Below are positions 18,545 through 27,141 of a stretch of 64,000 nt of DNA, piece after piece (the stretch's first letter is position 1; every line of letters begins with the position of its first letter). The notes below the pieces were generated by a model. That model was not told the origin of the DNA and ran no database searches. It saw nothing but the letters and a program-made list of their open reading frames with translations. The stretch lies in NCBI GenBank assembly GCA_964622095.1, contig CAZUPP010000001.1, forward strand, positions 67,393 to 131,392, written 5' to 3'. The position numbers and the translations under genes are program-made. This DNA is from an uncultured Verrucomicrobiales bacterium (lineage in GTDB: Bacteria; Verrucomicrobiota; Verrucomicrobiia; Verrucomicrobiales; CAZUPP01).

Positions 18545-19006
18545 TTAATCTTTTTTCTCTTCCGTCGCCGGTTCGGCGTTGCTTTCCACGACTTCGACTG
18601 CCTCGACCGTGCCCGGGGCATCCACCCACTCAATGTAGGCCATGGCCGCGGAGTCTTCATAGCGATTCGGCAATTTCAAAATGCGCGTGTAGCCGCCCTG
18701 ACGATCTTTTGCTGCTGGTGCGATTTCTTCAAAGAGTTTGCGCAGGTGATCCACCCGCTTGCCGTCCTTCAGGCGCTTCCAGTGGGCATTCTGACGAAGA
18801 CGCGCTTTAACCAGGCGGCGTGCGTGGACGCTGTCTTTCTTCGCAATCGTGACGAGTTTTTCGACAAACGGCCGCAAAGCTTTCGCGCGAGCCTGCGTCG
18901 TGCAGATACGCTCATGCTCAATCAGGCTGCACGCCAGATTGGCCAGCATCGCTTTGCGGTGGTCAGCCGTGCGGCCGAGTTTTTTGGTTTTGTTTTTATG
19001 GCGCAT
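18545..19006 (-). CDS. rplQ: 50S ribosomal protein L17
   Basis: Starts MRHKNKTKKLGRTADHRKAMLANLACSLIEHERICTTQARAKALRPFVEKLVT. It has an acidic C-terminal extension. Confidence 0.95.
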   Translation of the reverse strand: MRHKNKTKKLGRTADHRKAMLANLACSLIEHERICTTQARAKALRPFVEKLVTIAKKDSVHARRLVKARLRQNAHWKRLKDGKRVDHLRKLFEEIAPAAKDRQGGYTRILKLPNRYEDSAAMAYIEWVDAPGTVEAVEVVESNAEPATEEKKD

Positions 19007-19037
19007 GGGCGTCGTGCTCGAGGCGGTTGAAAGTTAC

Positions 19038-20165
19038 TTACTCGTTATTGGCAGAAATCAGTCCCACGTCGGCCTGCGGCTGCGGATCAATCAAGCCCGG
19101 CTCGAACTTCATGCCAAGAGTCAGGTTCAATTGAGCCAGCTTATCTTTGATTTCGTTAAGAGATTTTTTCCCGAAATTCCGATATTTCAGCATCTCGGCT
19201 TCCGTCTTCATGGCCAGTTGTCCCACCGTCGTGATATTTGCGTTATTCAGGCAATTGGCTGCGCGTACGGAAAGCTCGATTTCATTCACGCTCATATTGA
19301 GCAGCTTCTTGAGCTTGCTGTTTTCCTGGCTGGCCTGCTGCGGAGCCCGGTCAAATTCCACCTGATTATCGTCATAGTTAACAAATACATCCAGGTGGTG
19401 GCGCAGAATCGCGCTGGCCTGCAAGAGCGCGTCATGCGGAGAAATGCGTCCGTCCGTCCAGATATCCAGGTGCAGCGCGTCGTAGTCTGTCCGCATCCCT
19501 ACGCGGGTCTGGGTCACGCTGTATTTAACGCGGGTGACCGGGGAAAAAATGGAATCGATCGGGATAATACCAATCGGCATGTCCGGGCGCTTATTTTCAT
19601 CACCCGTGTTAAATCCGCGGCCTTTCCGGACCTCCAGCTCCATCTCAAAGCGCTGTTTCTTATCCAGCGTGCAGATGAGCTGATCTTTATTCACCACCTC
19701 GCAAGCCTCGCTGTCCTTGATGTCTGCCGCGGTGACCGGACCTTCCTTTTCGACATCGATCTGGAGGGTGCGCGGTTCGTGGTCGACCGCCTTAAATTTC
19801 ACCTTTTTCAGGTTCAGAATAATGTCCACCACATCTTCTGTCACCCCATCAAGAAGGGCAAATTCATGGTCCGCGCCTTCGATCCGCACCGCCGTGATCG
19901 CGGCGCCTTCCAGACTGGAGAGCAGCACGCGGCGCAGACTGTTACCGACGGTATGACCATAGCCTTTCTCAAACGGCTCTGCCGTGAAGCGCGCGAAGGT
20001 GTCCGTCGCGCCTTCCTCATGCTTGATCAGGCTGGTAGGCATCTCAAAACGCCCCAGCTTCACCGCATTGGATGACGCGCCGTTCTCATTCTCTACGATT
20101 TCTTCCGTTGCCGCAGCCTCTGCTGCGACCGCTTCCGCGGCGGCTTTTTTTGCTTTTTCAGCCAT
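19038..20165 (-). CDS. rpoA: DNA-directed RNA polymerase alpha subunit
   Basis: Contains FTAEPFEKGYGHTVGNSLRRVLLSSLEGAAITAVRIEG and the C-terminal domain ELSVRAANCLNNANITTVGQL. It is followed by rplQ. Confidence 0.95.
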   Translation of the reverse strand: MAEKAKKAAAEAVAAEAAATEEIVENENGASSNAVKLGRFEMPTSLIKHEEGATDTFARFTAEPFEKGYGHTVGNSLRRVLLSSLEGAAITAVRIEGADHEFALLDGVTEDVVDIILNLKKVKFKAVDHEPRTLQIDVEKEGPVTAADIKDSEACEVVNKDQLICTLDKKQRFEMELEVRKGRGFNTGDENKRPDMPIGIIPIDSIFSPVTRVKYSVTQTRVGMRTDYDALHLDIWTDGRISPHDALLQASAILRHHLDVFVNYDDNQVEFDRAPQQASQENSKLKKLLNMSVNEIELSVRAANCLNNANITTVGQLAMKTEAEMLKYRNFGKKSLNEIKDKLAQLNLTLGMKFEPGLIDPQPQADVGLISANNE

Positions 20166-20492
20166 AGAATGGGTCTTTCTTATCTTCAGGGATTTTCCAC
20201 CGGGTTTCCCCTGGCGAGCATCTCGATCAACACACTGCCCAAGCTCATCAAAAGCCCCCTGCTGAATCAGCCGGCGACTGCCCGGATAGGCGGATGAGAC
20301 GGGGTAAGTGATTGATCCTCAGGGACCAACGGTGGGTGGTGAACTCGCTCTTTCTCCCACCTGCCAGCACACAACAGACCACATCCGCTCCGCCCCGGCA
20401 TCAGGGAGAAGCGGAATATGCACACCTGCCCGGCTCGCGCAACGAGAAAAAGCACTCTCGCGCCTCTTCCTGAGCCGTGCGATACTCTCATC

Positions 20493-20726
20493 ATGGACAT
20501 TGCCAAGATCATCACCCGCAACGGCCATCAATACGTTGAACTGCCCGAAGACCTTCGCTTCGAGGAGGGCGAATTCTACATCAAGCGGGTTGCCTCCGGC
20601 ATAATACTGATTCCAAAATCGCGGCCTTGGGAACTGTCATTCACGGCAGCAGATGAGTTTGCCGCGAGACTTACAATTGAGCGTGATCAACCCGCCTGCC
20701 AACAAGAGCGCGATTTATCCTTCTAA
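20493..20726 (+). CDS. vapB: AbrB/SpoVT-type antitoxin (VapB/VagC-like)
   Basis: MDIAKIITRNGHQYVELPEDLRFEEGEFYIKRVASGIILIPK is the swapped-hairpin antitoxin motif. It lies 9 nt upstream of a PIN-domain reading frame. Confidence 0.7.
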   Translation: MDIAKIITRNGHQYVELPEDLRFEEGEFYIKRVASGIILIPKSRPWELSFTAADEFAARLTIERDQPACQQERDLSF

Positions 20727-20735
20727 GATAAATTC

Positions 20736-21144
20736 ATGGCTATTCTTCGGCTGATTGATACTTCAGTATGTATTTCAGTCTTGCGCGGCAGATCTGTCCA
20801 GTTGTCTTCACGATTTGAATCCTACGGCTTTGAGGAACTTGGCATTTCCTCCATCACAGAGGCAGAACTTCGTGTGGGAGCCGAAAAAGGAGGGCAAGGA
20901 AGCTATGCACATAAATTGATCGATGAATTTTTTCTCCCTTGATGATATGTTCTTTCGATTCTGCGGCGGCTAAGAGCTAGGAAAAATCCGCGCGCATCTG
21001 GAAAAAACCGGCACTCCCATCGGACCGCTCGACATGCTTATCGCTGCGCATGCTCTTGCGCTGAAGGTTCCTATTGTTACCCATAACGTCCGCGAATTCT
21101 ATCGCGTGCCAGGTTTGCAGGTGGAAAATTGGGGCGACGCCTGA
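20736..21144 (+). pseudogene. vapC: PIN-domain toxin VapC, disrupted by frameshifts
   Basis: The N-terminal part is in frame 0: MAILRLIDTSVCISVLRG...ISSITEAELRVGAEKG, with a stop at 20940. The middle part FDSAAAKS is in frame +2 and ends at the TAG at 20978. The C-terminal part GKIRAHLEKTGTPIGPLDMLIAAHALALKVPIVTHNVREFYRVPGLQVENW is in frame +1, with its stop at 21142-21144. Confidence 0.7.
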
Positions 21145-21145
21145 G

Positions 21146-21586
21146 TTAACGTCCCTCCAACTGCGCTATTTTCGCAATGCGCTCCACGTGACGGCCGCCC
21201 TCAAATGCCGTTTCCAGCCACGTGTCGACAATCTTCAACGCAATTTCTTCAGTCACCATGCGGCCGCCGATGGAAATGACATTGGCGTTATTATGCATTT
21301 TCGTCAGGCGCGCGCTTTCTTCATTCCAGCACAGGCCACAGCGGACGCCTGGCACTTTATTCGCCACGATCGCTTCTCCGTTCCCGCTGCCACCCAGCAC
21401 AACGCCCAATTCGTTGGCCCCATCCGCCACACTTTTCGCGGCCGGATAAATATAGTCCGGATAATCTACGGGGTCCTCGCTTGAAGTTCCGAAATCCGTT
21501 ACGGCATGTCCTTTCGTCTCCAGGTAGCGTTTGATCGCTTCTTTATGGGTGAATCCGGCGTGATCACTGGCGAGGGCAATTTTCAT
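21146..21586 (-). CDS. rpiB: Ribose-5-phosphate isomerase B
   Basis: Matches the RpiB/LacAB family: MKIALASDHAGFTHKEAIKRYLETKGH...GVVLGGSGNGEAIVANKVPGVRC...NNANVISIGGR. Confidence 0.9.
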   Translation of the reverse strand: MKIALASDHAGFTHKEAIKRYLETKGHAVTDFGTSSEDPVDYPDYIYPAAKSVADGANELGVVLGGSGNGEAIVANKVPGVRCGLCWNEESARLTKMHNNANVISIGGRMVTEEIALKIVDTWLETAFEGGRHVERIAKIAQLEGR

Positions 21587-21636
21587 GGGCGTGCTGATTT
21601 TCTACAACTATCCCTCAGAGCAGGCAAGCGCCACGC

Positions 21637-22344
21637 TTAATCCCGCCGATCTTGGACTCCATCTATCATTGCGGCCTCCGCCCGCAACCGGGCTGCTTCC
21701 AGTTGATGGTCTTCCAGCTGCTCGACAGGCAAGTCCACCGCCGGGCCCAAGGTAATCGTCACCCGGCTGAAGGGCTTCGGAATCATGAACCGGTCCCATG
21801 TCCGCAATTGCCACGCCTTTTCGTAATGCACATGGAAAGGCGCCAGTGCCGCGCCGCATTTCTGCGCGAGGACAATCGGCCCAACCGCAAATCGGTAGCG
21901 CGGTCCGCGCGGACCATCCGGGATAATTGCTACGTCCTGACCGCTTCTAAGCAGCTTAACGGCGTGCAGGAGAGCTTCGCCGCCACGGCGGCTGCTTGAT
22001 CCGCGGATCGCGCCCACTTTGAAATGACTTACCACCGCGGCCAGGATGTTCCCGTCCCGGCTGGCACTGGTCATCGCCCTGGCTTTGCGATGGCGTCCCC
22101 ACCGCCGGAAAGCGTAGGGGAGCATGAGAATGCGGTTGTGCCAGCATACCCAGACCGCGGGTGCCTCAAACTTCCCCTCAAAATATCCCAGCCGATCCTC
22201 CAGCCGCACGCGCAGGGTCAGAAAGATCAGCTTCATGACGTGCGCAGCCAGCCAGGCCAGCAGCGGGTCGGCCCATTTCCGATAGGCTTTGCTGCGGCGC
22301 TTCTTCTTTTTTTTCTTCTTAGTCTGGCTCGTAGGCTCCGCCAT
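21637..22344 (-). CDS. DUF374-type lysophospholipid-acyltransferase-like protein
   Basis: Contains VWVCWHNRILMLPYAF...MTSASRDGNILAAVVSHFKVGAIRGSSSRRGGEAL...VAIIPDGPRGPRY, with a Lys-rich N-terminus. Confidence 0.65.
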   Translation of the reverse strand: MAEPTSQTKKKKKKKRRSKAYRKWADPLLAWLAAHVMKLIFLTLRVRLEDRLGYFEGKFEAPAVWVCWHNRILMLPYAFRRWGRHRKARAMTSASRDGNILAAVVSHFKVGAIRGSSSRRGGEALLHAVKLLRSGQDVAIIPDGPRGPRYRFAVGPIVLAQKCGAALAPFHVHYEKAWQLRTWDRFMIPKPFSRVTITLGPAVDLPVEQLEDHQLEAARLRAEAAMIDGVQDRRD

Positions 22345-22389
22345 GGCTTGCGCTTTGCATGGGCCAAGCCCGGCTGCCGGTCAACTCAA

Positions 22390-23037
22390 TCAATCACTCT
22401 CGCCATTGGTCTGGATGGAACGCAGATCTCGCGGATCACTGATTCCGGCGGATTCTGCCCGGCGTTGTCCGTCTGCTTCCTGCCAGCGCCGGGTCTGTTG
22501 GGCCGGGGCACCCATGTGATCCAGAATTCGCCATACCACGCTGTCCACCACCTCATCAATCGTCTGTGGCCGGTGATAAAAACTCGGGCTTGCCGGAATG
22601 ACGGTGGCGCCGGTTTCCAAAAGCGTGACGACATTCCGGGCGTGAATGAGATTCCAGGGTGTTTCCCGCGGCACGATAATCAGTTTCCGGTTCTCCTTGA
22701 GGAAAACATCGGCTGCCCGAGTGATCAAATCCTCCGCCGTCCCGTGGGCGATCCTTGCCATGGTGCCCATGCTGCAAGGCACCACGGCCATTGCATCAAA
22801 AACCGCCGAGCCACTCGCGAACGGCGCCAGCATGCTCTTTGGCCCGTGCTGAATAACGCTCTCCGGGATGCGCAGTCCGCCCTCCTCCAGCTCCTCATTC
22901 GCCACCTGCCGCGCATAACCGCTCATGACCAGATGCAGTTCATGCCCGGCCTCGGGTGCGGACAGATAATCCAGCAGCCGCTGCAGATAGATCGCCCCGC
23001 TCGCTCCCGTCGCGCCAATCACAAATCGCATTCCCAT
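22390..23037 (-). CDS. ubiX: Flavin prenyltransferase UbiX
   Basis: Contains RFVIGATGASGAIY, VVPCSMGTMARIAHG, ADVFLKENRKLIIVPRETP and PASPSFYHRP. Confidence 0.9.
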   Translation of the reverse strand: MGMRFVIGATGASGAIYLQRLLDYLSAPEAGHELHLVMSGYARQVANEELEEGGLRIPESVIQHGPKSMLAPFASGSAVFDAMAVVPCSMGTMARIAHGTAEDLITRAADVFLKENRKLIIVPRETPWNLIHARNVVTLLETGATVIPASPSFYHRPQTIDEVVDSVVWRILDHMGAPAQQTRRWQEADGQRRAESAGISDPRDLRSIQTNGESD

Positions 23038-23150
23038 GCTTCCGCTACGACCGGGGCCCGGTCAAGGTGTGCCGGAACGAAGCGTCCTCCTCGGCTTTTC
23101 CAGGCCAAACCGGAGTTAAACCTTGCGGCCAGAAAGAAATCTTGTCTTCT

Positions 23151-24047
23151 CTACACTTCATCCCGGTAAACATAACCACCCCGGAATTCCGTCCCGTCTT
23201 CACTGATATAAGCCGGCAAAAATACTTTTCCCAGTGAGGCTTCATCAAAATATGGCGTCCAGACCTTGCCCCCCCGCAGAAAAGCAAAGCCCCAGTATTC
23301 CACCGTGATCTCGCTTTCGCCGCCCCGATCCGTGGCCATTTCTACCGCGCCGGGCGCACGGACCACAAAACTCACCTCAGACATCCAGAATCCCCGGCCT
23401 TTCGCGGAGATCAATTGCGGCTCACTCGCCTCCTGCAAAATCAATTGGCGCTTTTGCGAGCTGCGCACGGACAGATAGTCTTCCATAACCTTCTGCACGT
23501 CCGGGCGCGGTCCGGCTTCTTTTTTCATCCGGGCGAAATAATCGCTGTCTGAGGCCTCGCTTTCTTCCGTGATCATTTCATCAATGATCGAATCCGTGCG
23601 TTCATTGAGCAGGGCTGCGTCCAGTTTCGCCTTCAACACCCGCAGCTCACTGTATTTCTTACGCAGCCGCTCATAACGATCCTCCATCTCAGCGATCTGC
23701 TCTTCCGCATCGTCCAGCTTGGCCCGCATGGTTTCCGCCGCTTTCCGGGCAACGAGCGCTTTATCCCGGTTTGACACGGCGATCTCTTTTACCCGCGCGA
23801 AGTCCTTTTTCAGCTGCTTCAGCTCGGCGCGCAGCTGATCCTCAACCCTGGGCGTGGTGACCTGAGCATTGCCCGCGGGCACCATGATGAAGAGCACGAG
23901 CAGGAAAGGAAAGAGAACCACACCCAGAAATGCTCCCCGAATATCGCTCCGCCGAGGGGAGTTATCCGGCGCGGCGCGGACAGCTCCCAGACTTTTGGCG
24001 CCCCTGACCGTATGGGCCGGGACCGCTCCCTGGGCATGAGCTTTCAT
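23151..24047 (-). CDS. Hypothetical single-pass membrane protein with coiled coil
   Basis: TM segment GAFLGVVLFPFLLVLFIMVPAG, then heptad-rich ELKQLKKDFARVKE...AEEQIAEMEDRYERLRKKYSELRVLKAKLD. I recognised no family. Confidence 0.5.
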   Translation of the reverse strand: MKAHAQGAVPAHTVRGAKSLGAVRAAPDNSPRRSDIRGAFLGVVLFPFLLVLFIMVPAGNAQVTTPRVEDQLRAELKQLKKDFARVKEIAVSNRDKALVARKAAETMRAKLDDAEEQIAEMEDRYERLRKKYSELRVLKAKLDAALLNERTDSIIDEMITEESEASDSDYFARMKKEAGPRPDVQKVMEDYLSVRSSQKRQLILQEASEPQLISAKGRGFWMSEVSFVVRAPGAVEMATDRGGESEITVEYWGFAFLRGGKVWTPYFDEASLGKVFLPAYISEDGTEFRGGYVYRDEV

Positions 24048-24142
24048 GTGGTGATGTGAGGCAAACGGAGAAGAGCGAAGCGACCGGTCCCCGATTTTGT
24101 CTGCGGCCCGGACGGGACAGGTCCTTCACACACCTTAATTAT

Positions 24143-25636
24143 TCACAACTTTCCGCCATCATGCAATACCTTCGTGAGGGAGATATGTTTCTCGCTGATT
24201 TCTTTGTAAAGCTCGTGGGCACCGGGGTTGGGCTGAGAACGGGTCCTTTCGTCCGGCTGCACGAGGCGCGAAGTCATCCGTTCAAGCTGATCCCAGCCGT
24301 CCACCGTTAAGGCTGCCTGAATGGCTGCGCCCAGCGCCGCGCCTTCCCCGGTCCGCAGACAAACCACCGGCACGCCGAAAACATCTGCGACGATCTGGCG
24401 CCAGACCGGACTGGCGCTGCCCCCGCCCGTCAAACGGATCTCCGTGGGCCGGATATTCATCTCCGCAAAGCGCTGCATGCCATAGGCCAAGCCGAGGGTA
24501 ACCCCTTCCGTGACCGCCCGCGCCATCACGGCGGGGACCATCGTTTTCGTTGTCAGCCCGTGAAAAACACCCGAGCCTGCGGGCAGGTTTGGGGTGCGTT
24601 CGCCATTGAGATACGGAAGGAAAAGCAATCCCCTCGCACCCGCCTCCACATCCCTCACCGCTGCTTCCAACTGGGAAATGTCCCACCCAAAAAGCGCTCG
24701 CACCTGCTCGGTCGCCACCGTGACGTTCATGGTGCAGACCAGCGGCAGCCACGCATCCGTGCTGTCACAGAAAGCCGCCGCCTCACCCATTTTTTCATCG
24801 ATAGCCGGGCCTTCGGAATAGGCATAAAGCGTCCCACTCGTCCCGAGGCTCGCCGTCACCCGGCCCGGGACGATGTTTCCCGTGCCGATCGCTCCCATCA
24901 TGTTATCGCCGCCCCCGGCGCTCACGATGATCTCCGCACTCAGACCCAGCTCCTCCGCCAGATCATGCCGGAGCGTCCCCGCGGCCTGACGTGAGGATTG
25001 CGGGGCGGGTAACATCTCATGCACGCGCGGGTCGATAAAATCGATGAGTGGTCCGCACCATTCACGGGTGCGCACATTCATCAGGGCAGTGCCGGAAGCG
25101 TCTCCGTATTCCATCGTCTTGCTGCCGGTCAGCCAGAAATTCAGATAGTCATGCGGCAAAAGAACACTTCGCGTGTGCTGAAAGTTTTCCGGTTCGTTCT
25201 GCTTCAGCCACAGGATCTTCGGCGCGGTGTAGCCGGGCAGGACAGGATTCCCTGCCAGCTCAATCAGTCCTGATTCCCCGCCAAAATGTGAGCTGAACTG
25301 CGCACACTGTGCGGCGGTGGAAGTATCACACCACAGCTTCGCCGCGCGCACCGGGTGATCATTCTCATCCAGCGGCACGAGTCCATGCTGTTGCCCGCTC
25401 ACCCCGATAGCCCTGATCTCACCGCGCCGGTCCGGCCCGACTGCCTCCAGACATTTTGCCACGCCGAGGCGCGCTGCCTCGATCCAGTCTGCCGGATTCT
25501 GCTCCAGATGACCGGGCGGCAGGTCCGGCACCAATTCATACCCGAACTGCGCCGTGGCCAGGATCTCGCCACTTTCCGTATCCAGGACGAGCGTCTTCGT
25601 GCTCTGCGTCCCGCTATCAATTCCGATCGTCAGCAT
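24143..25636 (-). CDS. xylB: FGGY-family sugar kinase, xylulokinase-like
   Basis: MLTIGIDSGTQSTKTLVLD (the DSxTQSxK form seen in XylB), GVSGQQHGLV, and GGGDNMMGAIGTG near the C-terminal half. Confidence 0.75.
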   Translation of the reverse strand: MLTIGIDSGTQSTKTLVLDTESGEILATAQFGYELVPDLPPGHLEQNPADWIEAARLGVAKCLEAVGPDRRGEIRAIGVSGQQHGLVPLDENDHPVRAAKLWCDTSTAAQCAQFSSHFGGESGLIELAGNPVLPGYTAPKILWLKQNEPENFQHTRSVLLPHDYLNFWLTGSKTMEYGDASGTALMNVRTREWCGPLIDFIDPRVHEMLPAPQSSRQAAGTLRHDLAEELGLSAEIIVSAGGGDNMMGAIGTGNIVPGRVTASLGTSGTLYAYSEGPAIDEKMGEAAAFCDSTDAWLPLVCTMNVTVATEQVRALFGWDISQLEAAVRDVEAGARGLLFLPYLNGERTPNLPAGSGVFHGLTTKTMVPAVMARAVTEGVTLGLAYGMQRFAEMNIRPTEIRLTGGGSASPVWRQIVADVFGVPVVCLRTGEGAALGAAIQAALTVDGWDQLERMTSRLVQPDERTRSQPNPGAHELYKEISEKHISLTKVLHDGGKL

Positions 25637-25780
25637 ATCCTTTGTCTATCGCGAACGGTTGCGTCTGGCCATGCCGAATTTATGCTGCGACGCAAGTGGG
25701 CAGACCCCTTTTCTCCGCGTCGTGTTGTCGTAAAGAAATAAACGCTCAGCACGAACTGATCAGAATCTTTTCAACAGATA

Positions 25781-27031
25781 ATGTTGGGTATCGCGTCAGC
25801 TGAGCCTCCATCGATGGTTCTTCCGCGCCGTCACGAGATCGATGCGCTCCGATCCATTGCGCTCCTGTTACTTATTTTTTACCATGCGTTCTGCGCCTTC
25901 CAGCCATTTGCCCATGATGCTGGGTTTATTCAACCCTCACCACAGACTCTGGAGAAATTCTGGTTCCTGGGTGAATTAATCAATCTCTGGCGTATCCCGG
26001 TTCTTTTCCTCATCGCCGGACTGGTAGGTGGTTATCTCCTACAAAGGCGCTCCGTTAAGATGCTTTTAAAATCTCGCCTGATACGGCTGGTGCCGCCCCT
26101 GATTTTCTGCAGTCTATTTCTGGGACCCCTCGCTCCCGCACTCTTTCAGATTCATGAACAGAGCCCACCGGTTTATCGGCCGGACCCCCTTCATCTCTGG
26201 TTTGTCTGGAACCTCGTTGTTTATTTTATTTTTAGCCTGCCGTTGTTACTTTACCTGAAGGATTCCCGTGGCTCCCGGTGTTTACGTTTTCTGAAAAACG
26301 TATCGCCTTGGGCCTGGCTCATTTTCCTGCCGCTAACCCTTGGGGCGATCACCATTTTCCTGGAACCACAAATTGAAGCAGAAACTGTCCCCAATCATTA
26401 CACCCGGTTCTGGCATGGATTCGGATGTTTCATCTGGGGTCTGATTCTGATTTCCCTGGGTGACGATTTCTGGAGGGGCCTGCGGCGAATCTGTCATCTC
26501 GCTCTGTGCCTCAGTGCGACATTATATCTGATGCGTGTCACAGACTTCGATCTTCAGTTGGACGCTGGACGAAATGGCCTGCTCTTCCTGCGCCTGATGG
26601 AATCGAGCTGGGCCATGCTCAGTTTTGTCGGCTACGGTTCCCTGTTATTTTCCCGGCCATGGCCTCTTTTCCATTACCTCAATCGCGCCGCTTTCGCCCT
26701 TTACATCCTTCATTTTCCCATTCAGCAGGCCGCCGCGTTTTTCCTGGTCCAAGTGGACCTCCCCGCGCCGCTGGCATTTCCTGTGCTGCTCGCGGCGACC
26801 CTGATCAGTTCTATTCTGATTTACCAGTGGATCCTGCTTCCACTCCCCGGGCTACACCCATTTTTCGGGATCGCACCCGTGCAACCTTTCAAGGCACCGG
26901 CTCCGTCCCTTCCGGATCAGTCTTCCTGGCTGCAGCGGGCCGGGCAATTCCTTATTCTCTACCTGATTGCACCGGTCATCGCCGGGGTGACCGCGTTCAG
27001 ACTTGTCCTTGCCATGTTTCACAATAATTGA
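25781..27031 (+). CDS. Acyltransferase family 3 (OpgC/OafA-like) integral membrane protein
   Basis: RRHEIDALRSIALLLLIFYHAF followed by about 10 TM helices. The start is uncertain; an internal Met lies at 25814. Confidence 0.7.
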   Translation: MLGIASAEPPSMVLPRRHEIDALRSIALLLLIFYHAFCAFQPFAHDAGFIQPSPQTLEKFWFLGELINLWRIPVLFLIAGLVGGYLLQRRSVKMLLKSRLIRLVPPLIFCSLFLGPLAPALFQIHEQSPPVYRPDPLHLWFVWNLVVYFIFSLPLLLYLKDSRGSRCLRFLKNVSPWAWLIFLPLTLGAITIFLEPQIEAETVPNHYTRFWHGFGCFIWGLILISLGDDFWRGLRRICHLALCLSATLYLMRVTDFDLQLDAGRNGLLFLRLMESSWAMLSFVGYGSLLFSRPWPLFHYLNRAAFALYILHFPIQQAAAFFLVQVDLPAPLAFPVLLAATLISSILIYQWILLPLPGLHPFFGIAPVQPFKAPAPSLPDQSSWLQRAGQFLILYLIAPVIAGVTAFRLVLAMFHNN

Positions 27032-27141
27032 GAAGCAGATTGCACCGCATGGCCGTGCTCCACATTGAAGTGCACCTCCCGCGCCACGGTCCGTCACCTC
27101 CATTCCATCGGCTCAACCTCCAGAGAAAAGAAAAATCTATT

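Noticed and set aside
18849-20075. 408-aa ORF on the plus strand
   Set aside because: It is entirely antisense to the unmistakable rpoA gene. It is rich in Arg/Leu/His, as expected from reading a GC-rich gene backwards, and carries no motif.
22024-23169. 381-aa plus-strand ORF
   Set aside because: It overlaps the DUF374-like gene and ubiX on the opposite strand. It is an Arg/Pro-rich shadow ORF.
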